This document shows, piece after piece, positions 57,431 through 64,000 of a stretch of 64,000 nt of DNA. Positions within the stretch are counted from its first letter, which is position 1. Every line of letters begins with the position of its first letter. The notes beneath the pieces are model-generated. The model was not told the origin of the DNA. It made no database searches and saw only the letters and a program-made list of their open reading frames with translations. The position numbers were made by a program, and so were the translations under genes. Source of the DNA: Crocinitomicaceae bacterium (GTDB taxonomy: Bacteria; Bacteroidota; Bacteroidia; Flavobacteriales_D; Crocinitomicaceae); assembly GCA_021325675.1 (NCBI GenBank), contig JAJTCM010000004.1:2794-66793 (forward strand), written 5' to 3'.

Positions 57431-59677
57431 TTACTTTATAATTTTTTCGATAATCTGCGCGTTATCAGTGGTAATTACCAGAAAATAGCTGCCGCTTTTC
57501 ACAGCCGGTTCGATGTTTACCTCAAAAGCATTGATATTATCTGTATAGAATACACGTTTTCCTGTGATGTCAAGTATTTCTGCCGTGCGGATCAAAGCAT
57601 CCTGGTTGGAAACCTTAAAGCTGGTATTGAATGGGTTCGGGAATACCTTCAGGCTGGATTTTGCAAGGGCACCGAGCACGCTGGTTTCACCTACACAGAA
57701 ATTCTTTACAATCATCTGCTCGAAGTTAGCGTCTTCCGGTGCAAGGGAAGTCAATACTTCCTGATCTGCGTCGTACAGGTTCATGCTCCCCGGGTCACAA
57801 TCGTTGCTTGACATACCATCGCCGTAAGAATCATAGATAATCAGGTCGTAGCAGCCTTCGAGAAGACAGATTTCGTGATGTACCGTATAATTGTCCTGCT
57901 GAACGTAATTTCCGCCCTGGAAGAAAACAGTACTGTTGTTGTCAACAATTTCCCAGGAAGTTTCGTTCGCATAGCAATCCAGGTTCATTTCGAGCACCAG
58001 GTTATCACCTCCCACAACAACATTGAAGTCATTGCTCATGTTATTGTTGCCCATGTTTTCATCAATTGTTCCGTTCGGATCGCTGACAGTTACCGTGATG
58101 TTGTGTGTCCCGGTCGTCAGGTTAAGCGTAGGGAGCGTAATTGTTTCAGACTCAAACAAGCCTAAGCTTCCGGTCCAATCGATTGGTGTTGAAACGCCGT
58201 CTACAATGTAGTTGATGGTTGCAGTTGTCATTGGAACACTTCCTCCGTTGGTAAGAACAACCTGCGGGCTAACTGTGCCGGTGCAAAGCGTTCCCTCTGC
58301 CCCTATGATGGAAGAGGAAAAGAAAGGGTCAAGGCTATTGGTAACGTTCGCATCAATTGCTTCAACACCTGTGTTTTGCGGGTCGAGCCAATCGCTCAGT
58401 CGTGTGGAAGATGAACCTCCGCCGGTCCAGGAGCTGAAAAATTTACCGTAAGAATCGGATAAGTCGTCACCGCCGCAATAAGACGCGCCGCCGTGAAGCT
58501 GGCCAACAACTCTTCTGAACTGATTGAAAATCGGCGAGCCGGATGAGCCTCCTTCCGTTACTCCGTCAGACCATTCCACATGCCAGTGGTTTTCTTCCTG
58601 GCCGAAATAAGCTTCACTTACATAGGTATCGGATGAAATAGTAATTTTCTTAATATCGCCGGAAGGGTGGTGGATGCCTGCTCCGGATAAAGCCGGGATG
58701 TCAGTGCGGTCCCAGCCGTTATAGGTAACTTCCCACGCAGGATTAGGCAGGGAGTTCAACTCGATCAGGTGGAAATCGGATGGCGCATAGTTTGCACGGG
58801 TAACGCCCCCGTTGATGTTCATATTCGTTGGGCCGTTAACAGATGGTGCGTTCGTGCCGCAGTCTGCGCTTGCTTCCGGTGATTCCCAGCGGAAACGGAA
58901 AATCCAGTCTGTCGGGTCGGAACCGCAATGGTTGGCCGTTAAGAAATAAGGTGTTGTTGTTCCGGCAGTATTGTTTACCATGGAACCCGTACAGAAACCT
59001 CCGCCGCCGTTTACGAGCATGGCAACCCCGTTTCTGGGGATTTCCCAGCCGCTTCCCTGCGGGCAGTTTACATCAATATTACAGTCGCCGGCATCGTTCA
59101 GTGATTTTTCAACGAACTCATCCAGGTTGATGAACCCATGGATCACACGGCCGATCTCCAGCTTGGATTTCCCCTGGTTTGCAGCAGGTTCCTGAACTTC
59201 GATATAGATCTTTTTGGAGTAAAGAAGCTCCGTTCCAAGCTTTTCAGCTGCGTTATTGTTCAGGCTGGTGTAAGCCCCGATATAGCGGGTTTTGTCTTCG
59301 TTGAAGAGATACATTACGGTACCCTGCTCCAGGCGGAATTTACTGAAAGTGAGGTTCAGGGAAACAGCTGTCGGGCTTTCAATGAAAAACTGGTATAAAT
59401 TGTTCCCGTTTGGCAGCACGCGCTTGTTGGCTTCCTGGAAAAAGTTAATGCTTACATCATGCGGTTTACCGTACTGGAGCAGTTTTTCACCGCGTTCCTG
59501 CGCAAGCTGTGTATAATATGCGTGTTCTGCAGCATTGTCAATGGAAGGGAGCGTGTAGCCTTTCTTCGCCAAACTGACCTTTTTGCTGTATGATACAGGC
59601 TGACCTAAATTTTGTGTTTGAGCACCTGCGGCATTAGCCATCAAGGCTAAACCGATCATAAAATAGAGTTTTTTCAT
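57431..59677 (-). CDS. T9SS-sorted trypsin-fold (S1) serine endopeptidase, lysyl-endopeptidase-like
   Basis: Signal peptide, TANHC His motif, GGSSGSPIF Ser motif, 12 Cys, and C-terminal FPNPFNTSF...EKIIK sorting domain. Confidence 0.8.
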   Translation of the reverse strand: MKKLYFMIGLALMANAAGAQTQNLGQPVSYSKKVSLAKKGYTLPSIDNAAEHAYYTQLAQERGEKLLQYGKPHDVSINFFQEANKRVLPNGNNLYQFFIESPTAVSLNLTFSKFRLEQGTVMYLFNEDKTRYIGAYTSLNNNAAEKLGTELLYSKKIYIEVQEPAANQGKSKLEIGRVIHGFINLDEFVEKSLNDAGDCNIDVNCPQGSGWEIPRNGVAMLVNGGGGFCTGSMVNNTAGTTTPYFLTANHCGSDPTDWIFRFRWESPEASADCGTNAPSVNGPTNMNINGGVTRANYAPSDFHLIELNSLPNPAWEVTYNGWDRTDIPALSGAGIHHPSGDIKKITISSDTYVSEAYFGQEENHWHVEWSDGVTEGGSSGSPIFNQFRRVVGQLHGGASYCGGDDLSDSYGKFFSSWTGGGSSSTRLSDWLDPQNTGVEAIDANVTNSLDPFFSSSIIGAEGTLCTGTVSPQVVLTNGGSVPMTTATINYIVDGVSTPIDWTGSLGLFESETITLPTLNLTTGTHNITVTVSDPNGTIDENMGNNNMSNDFNVVVGGDNLVLEMNLDCYANETSWEIVDNNSTVFFQGGNYVQQDNYTVHHEICLLEGCYDLIIYDSYGDGMSSNDCDPGSMNLYDADQEVLTSLAPEDANFEQMIVKNFCVGETSVLGALAKSSLKVFPNPFNTSFKVSNQDALIRTAEILDITGKRVFYTDNINAFEVNIEPAVKSGSYFLVITTDNAQIIEKIIK

Positions 59678-60294
59678 TTTGTTCGTTTTATACTGCAGCC
59701 CCTTGGATCTGTAGTGTTTGTTGTTATTGTTTTAGCGTCTTTAACTTCTTTGATTGCAGTTGCAAGATATGGGATGGTTTCCTTACGGTTGTTGTCCCAG
59801 CTGTTATCGATGCTTCCTTTGTAAACGAGGTTTAAACCGGCATCCAGCAGGTAAACGTGCGGAGTTGTTTTGGCCCCGAAAGCGTTGGCAAGCTCAGAAT
59901 CTTTGTCAACAACGTAAGGCATGGTGTAACCCAGGTCTTTCGCGTGTTTTTGCATATTTTCAAAAGAATCGTCGCCGTCACGCTTTGCTTCGTTGGAATT
60001 CACGAGGATCACCTGGATCCCGGCGTCCCTGGCAATTTTGTGCAGGTCATTGTACTGTTTTTCCCAACCTGGAAAATTGTCGCTGCCCACAACGAAGGGA
60101 CAGGTGTTGCAGGAAAAGATCACCAAAAGGCCGTTTTTTTCTTTAGCGGAATTGAGGGAAAGCTCCTTTCCTTCAGTACTTTTCATTTTGTATTCGGTGA
60201 GCGGCGCTTTATCACCGATGTTGAATTCCTTGTCTTTTTTGAATGTAAAAGCGAGGAGCGCGAAGAGTGCGCAGGAGAATGCCAGAGTTTTCAT
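59674..60294 (-). CDS. thioredoxin-fold (TlpA/redoxin-like) protein, secreted
   Basis: Start moved to the ATG at 60294 (MKTLAFSCALFALLAF signal). CNTC redox motif. A terminator at 60401-60432 overlaps the 5' end of the longer ORF (track start 60402). Confidence 0.75.
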   Translation of the reverse strand: MKTLAFSCALFALLAFTFKKDKEFNIGDKAPLTEYKMKSTEGKELSLNSAKEKNGLLVIFSCNTCPFVVGSDNFPGWEKQYNDLHKIARDAGIQVILVNSNEAKRDGDDSFENMQKHAKDLGYTMPYVVDKDSELANAFGAKTTPHVYLLDAGLNLVYKGSIDNSWDNNRKETIPYLATAIKEVKDAKTITTNTTDPRGCSIKRTK

Positions 60295-60400
60295 AACTGA
60301 ATAACGTTTTGTTTTAAAAATCGTTTGTGAAATTATTAAATTTTTTTGCAAAAATCGTTTTTTCTGAAGCTTAAATTCTTTTATTCTTGAAATTACAAAC

Positions 60401-60432
60401 AAAAAAAACCATCCGCCGGCTGACGAATGGTT
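60401..60432 (-). terminator. rho-independent terminator of the ftsA-ftsZ-yqeY transcript
   Basis: On the minus strand: stem AACCATTCG / CGGATGGTT followed by T8. The single mismatch is a G-U pair only in the minus-sense RNA. Confidence 0.8.
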
Positions 60433-60510
60433 TTCCTGTAATTTAAGCTATTGTGTTTTTGAATTGTTATTTGTGAACTGCACTAACGCTTGTTCATATC
60501 AAAGCTTCGC

Positions 60511-60957
60511 TTATTTAGATAATTCTTCTTTAACAAGTGAAGCGATAAGCTTGCCGTCGGCTTTTCCTGCCAGTTTCCCGGTGAGGACGCCCATCACTTT
60601 GCCCATTTCCTGCGGGCCTGAAGCTCCGGTTTGAGAAATCGCAGCCTGAACTTCAGCGCGGATTTCGTCTTCGGAAAGCATTTTCGGCAGGTATGCTTCA
60701 ATCACTTTTGCCTGGAAAATTTCATCGTCAGCCAGGTCCTGGCGGTTTTGCTCCATGTACAGCTGGTATGTTTCCATGCGCTGCTTATGTAGTTTCATGA
60801 CAATTTTCATGGCCGTCTCATCCGTAACTTCGCCTGCGCCGGAAGTGGCTTCGAGCATCAGCTTGGATTTGATATCACGCAATGCGGCTAATTTTTCTTT
60901 TTCACGGGCGAGCATGGCTGCCTTGATATCCGCATTGATCTGTTCTGTAAAGCTCAT
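60511..60957 (-). CDS. GatB/YqeY-domain protein
   Basis: 148 aa with a typical YqeY sequence (MKAREK..L..LR..K; MG.VMG....K..GKADG). Confidence 0.85.
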   Translation of the reverse strand: MSFTEQINADIKAAMLAREKEKLAALRDIKSKLMLEATSGAGEVTDETAMKIVMKLHKQRMETYQLYMEQNRQDLADDEIFQAKVIEAYLPKMLSEDEIRAEVQAAISQTGASGPQEMGKVMGVLTGKLAGKADGKLIASLVKEELSK

Positions 60958-60959
60958 GA

Positions 60960-62594
60960 TTAATCTACGTTATCGTGTAAGAATGAATTATTGCTTTTCA
61001 GAGAAGTTCCGTTTTCGTCAGTTGTGATGTTGAAGCGGGAAACCCGGGACTCGGAGCTAAGCGCAGAATTATCCAGCTGGATGTTCCTTCTTACGTAAGC
61101 GGGCTCTTTTTCGAGGTCGTTGATCCCGTCGATTTTTTTCAGGCGTGCAGTGTACTGCTGAATGCGGTTCATGCGCTCCTGTGCCAGTCTTTGCTGCTCT
61201 TCCGGTGAAACGGAAGTTTTGCTGCTTGATTGCTCGAGCTCCACTTTCACTTCTCTTTCATCATCGAGGGAGTGAACGATCCTGCTGCTTTCTGGCGTCA
61301 CTTCAGCTTCTTTTGCCGGTGTATTGATTTCCCAGCCGAATTCGATAGAAGCCTGTTCTTTCACTTCTTCTTTAGCTGAAGGAGCCTGAACTTCGCTTTT
61401 CAGCACCGGCCCGTCGAACATAGGCTCAATTGTGGCTTCAGCCGGGGTAACCGGTGACTCGATTTTGGAAACGATCTCAACAGCTGCAGCTTTCAAGTAC
61501 GGCTCTTCTGCTTTCGGTGCTTCAACCGCGATCGTTTTATCCATCGGGTTGTTCATCGGGCTTACGATTTCGCTTTTTACTTCGTCTTCCAGCACGGTAA
61601 CCTTACGCTCAGGGGCTTTTTCGAAACCTGTGATAGGTGTAGAATGGAAACCTGTTGCAATCAGGGTAACACACAAGCTGTCGCCCAGGCTCGGATCGTG
61701 TCCGTGGCCCCAGATTACGTCTGCTGTTGATCCTGCTTCGTCCTGGATATAATCTGTAATTTCGGTAATCTCGTCCATCAATACTTCTTTATCACCGTAA
61801 GTGATGTTGAGGAGTACGTATTTCGCACCGTTGATGTTGTTATCGTTCAGGAGCGGAGAGTTCATCGCATCCTGTACGGCGCGGATCGCGCGGCTTTCAC
61901 CTTCAGCTGAAGCAGACCCCATGATCGCAACGCCGGAGTCTTTCATCACCGTGTTTACGTCCTTGAAGTCTACGTTCATGATCCCTGTAACGGAAATCAC
62001 TTCGGCAATACCTTTGGCTGCGGTTGTAACTACGTCGTCTGCCTGTGCAAAAGCGTTTCCAATGGAAAGGTTTCCGCTCATTTCACGCAGGCGCTCGTTG
62101 TTGATTACCAATAAAGTATCAACATTCTGGCGCATTTGCTCCAAACCTTCTTCGGCTTGCTGGCGGCGTTTTCTTCCTTCGAAGTTAAAGGGAACGGTAA
62201 CGATACCTACAGTCAGGATGCCCAATTCTTTGGCTACCTGTGCAATTACCGGTGCGGCCCCTGTTCCGGTACCACCACCCATTCCTGCAGTTACAAAGAC
62301 CATTTTCGTGCCTTTCGACAATAGGTCCTTGATATCATCGATGTTTTCCACCGCTGCATTTTTCCCGATTTCCGGAATGGAACCTGCGCCCAGGCCTTCT
62401 GTCAGGCTTGGCCCCAACTGGATTTTCAGCGGCACAGGAGAAATATCCAATGCTTGTCTGTCGGTATTGCAAACGATGAAATCTACTCCTTTAATTCCCT
62501 GGTTATACATGTGATTTACAGCGTTGCTTCCGCCTCCACCAACCCCAATCACCTTAATGATTGAAGTAACTTCTTTTGGTAAATCGAATTCCAT
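60960..62594 (-). CDS. ftsZ: cell division protein FtsZ
   Basis: Tubulin signature GGGTGTGAAP and a long disordered linker with a conserved C-terminal peptide. Confidence 0.95.
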   Translation of the reverse strand: MEFDLPKEVTSIIKVIGVGGGGSNAVNHMYNQGIKGVDFIVCNTDRQALDISPVPLKIQLGPSLTEGLGAGSIPEIGKNAAVENIDDIKDLLSKGTKMVFVTAGMGGGTGTGAAPVIAQVAKELGILTVGIVTVPFNFEGRKRRQQAEEGLEQMRQNVDTLLVINNERLREMSGNLSIGNAFAQADDVVTTAAKGIAEVISVTGIMNVDFKDVNTVMKDSGVAIMGSASAEGESRAIRAVQDAMNSPLLNDNNINGAKYVLLNITYGDKEVLMDEITEITDYIQDEAGSTADVIWGHGHDPSLGDSLCVTLIATGFHSTPITGFEKAPERKVTVLEDEVKSEIVSPMNNPMDKTIAVEAPKAEEPYLKAAAVEIVSKIESPVTPAEATIEPMFDGPVLKSEVQAPSAKEEVKEQASIEFGWEINTPAKEAEVTPESSRIVHSLDDEREVKVELEQSSSKTSVSPEEQQRLAQERMNRIQQYTARLKKIDGINDLEKEPAYVRRNIQLDNSALSSESRVSRFNITTDENGTSLKSNNSFLHDNVD

Positions 62595-62622
62595 GTCTTT
62601 TTGTATTAATTAATATTACTTG

Positions 62623-63918
62623 TTAATCCTCGTCCGCGAAAATGTTCGGCACCTTTTTCAGGATAGCATCAAAGAAGTTTCCTTTCTTTTCAGGGTCCGA
62701 ATGCGTTTTCACTTTTTTGGCTTTTGTATTACTGGCAGGTTCTTTTTCAGAACTTGTTTTTTCTGCATTTTCAAATCCTTTGATCACCAATCCGATCCCC
62801 GTTGCGTACATCGGGCTGGTCAGGTTTTCAAAGTTGTTGGAGCTTCCGAGGTGCTCTGTCGGGTAACCGATACGTGTATCCATCCCGGTGATGAACTCGA
62901 ACAGCTGGGTAATGTGCTTCAATTGCGATCCGCCGCCGGTTACCACGATGCCGCCGATCAGCCTTTTTTCGTAGCCGGAGTTGCGGATTTCGTAGTACAC
63001 GTGTTCAATGATCTCTTCCATACGGGCCTGGATAATGCTTGCGAGGTTGCGCACGGAAATTTCCTTCGGCTCTTTGCCGCGGAGTCCCGGGATGCAAACC
63101 ACTTCATTTTCCTGGCTTTCGCTGGCAAGCGCAGAACCGAATTTCATTTTCAGCTTTTCCGCCTGCTTGCGCATGATGGAGCAGCCTTCCTTGATGTCCT
63201 CGGTGATTACATTTCCTCCAAACGGGATCACGGCTGTGTGGCGGATAATCCCTTCGTGGAAAATCGCAACGTCAGTCGTACCGCCACCGATATCTACCAA
63301 CACAACGCCGGCGTCTTTTTCCTCTTCGGAAAGAACGGCCTCGGCAGATGCCAATGGCTCCAGGATCGTTTGTTTCACTTCCAGTCCGGCGCGCTGAACA
63401 CACTTGTTGATGTTCATGGCAGCAGTTACCTGGCCGGTGATGATGTGGAAATTCGCTTCGAGACGAACACCTGACATCCCGATCGGGTCTTTGATCCCCT
63501 GCTCGCTGTCAACAATATATTCCTGCGGCAAAACGTGGATAATTGCTTCACCCGGCTGCATCACAAGGCGGTACATGTCTTCGATCAGCGCATCAATGTC
63601 TTTCTGGGAAATTTCGTTTTCGGTCTGGTAACGGGTGTAAATACCGCGGTGCTGCAAGCTTTTGATGTGCTGCCCTGCAATACCCACGATTACGTTGCGG
63701 ATGATCAGCTCGCCGCTCAAACGCGATTTAGCTTCATCCACAGCATTTTTGATTGATTCTACCGTATTGTTGATGTTGGAGACCATACCGCGGGTAACGC
63801 CAAGTGATTCGCTTTTACCCATGGACAAGATCTCGATTTTCCCATGCTCGTTTTTGGTGCCGACAAAGCATGCAATTTTTGTAGTTCCAATATCTAATCC
63901 AACAATAACTGTCATCAT
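62623..63918 (-). CDS. ftsA: cell division protein FtsA
   Basis: Actin-fold motifs (GLDIGTTKI, DIGGGTTD, VVTGGGSQL). Upstream of ftsZ. Confidence 0.93.
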   Translation of the reverse strand: MMTVIVGLDIGTTKIACFVGTKNEHGKIEILSMGKSESLGVTRGMVSNINNTVESIKNAVDEAKSRLSGELIIRNVIVGIAGQHIKSLQHRGIYTRYQTENEISQKDIDALIEDMYRLVMQPGEAIIHVLPQEYIVDSEQGIKDPIGMSGVRLEANFHIITGQVTAAMNINKCVQRAGLEVKQTILEPLASAEAVLSEEEKDAGVVLVDIGGGTTDVAIFHEGIIRHTAVIPFGGNVITEDIKEGCSIMRKQAEKLKMKFGSALASESQENEVVCIPGLRGKEPKEISVRNLASIIQARMEEIIEHVYYEIRNSGYEKRLIGGIVVTGGGSQLKHITQLFEFITGMDTRIGYPTEHLGSSNNFENLTSPMYATGIGLVIKGFENAEKTSSEKEPASNTKAKKVKTHSDPEKKGNFFDAILKKVPNIFADED

Positions 63919-64000
63919 ACTTCTTTTTCGTTTATTTTTTTACAAACAACTTGTTTTTTGTACTTCAAATTGATGATATCGTATTTGTTCCATCCTTCAT
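63915..64000 (-). CDS. ftsQ: probable FtsQ, C-terminal end only (rest outside window)
   Basis: Open frame from the window edge reading ...EGWNKYDIINLKYKKQVVCKKINEKEV*. Its TGA overlaps the ftsA ATG (ATGA). Assignment rests on position in the dcw cluster. Confidence 0.5.
   Translation of the reverse strand, partial: EGWNKYDIINLKYKKQVVCKKINEKEV

Noticed and set aside
1-64000. tRNA, rRNA, tmRNA or other standard RNA genes; prophage or IS elements.
   Set aside because: No spacer exceeds 400 nt. I saw no T-loop-like GGTTCGAATCC or cloverleaf candidates in any spacer. No integrase, transposase or phage structural motifs appear among the ORF translations.

Overview
This 64-kb segment looks like core chromosome from a member of the Bacteroidota. 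Three things support that: four proteins end in T9SS C-terminal sorting domains, 13 gene starts are preceded by a correctly oriented TAnnTTTG -7 box, and several starts are lipoprotein or secretion signals typical of the phylum. Gene content is mostly housekeeping: sucA-sucB, nrdB-nrdA, metF, dut, coaE, aspartate kinase, hemW, PhoH, a Pif1-type helicase, a MarR-controlled RND efflux operon, the dut/TPR/DUF4292/M23 block and ftsQ-ftsA-ftsZ-yqeY. I call 52 CDS, two of them truncated by the window edges. I saw no rRNA, tRNA, CRISPR array, transposase, integrase or phage genes. All product calls come from motifs read in the ORF translations; no database search was run. Two things stand out. (1) Short periodic repeats fill many intergenic spacers from the upstream stop codon to within 4-6 nt of the next start codon. 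The main family uses an 8-nt unit (TAATRTGC / GCAYATTA) arranged as phased tandem arrays in inverted arms. Three further families have roughly 7-nt periods (TNWTGAR, GAAGATTCGAA, GAATGGAGAA). I do not recognise these as a described repeat class. (2) A SiaB-kinase/SiaC (DUF1987) partner-switch pair sits with a convergent PAS-PP2C phosphatase, but there is no diguanylate cyclase output gene in the window. Smaller observations: a pseudoknot-capable element in a convergent spacer, a long structured nrdB leader, a thioredoxin-fold gene whose stop overlaps the start of a Cys-rich T9SS protease, and several longest-ORF starts contradicted by promoter or terminator placement.
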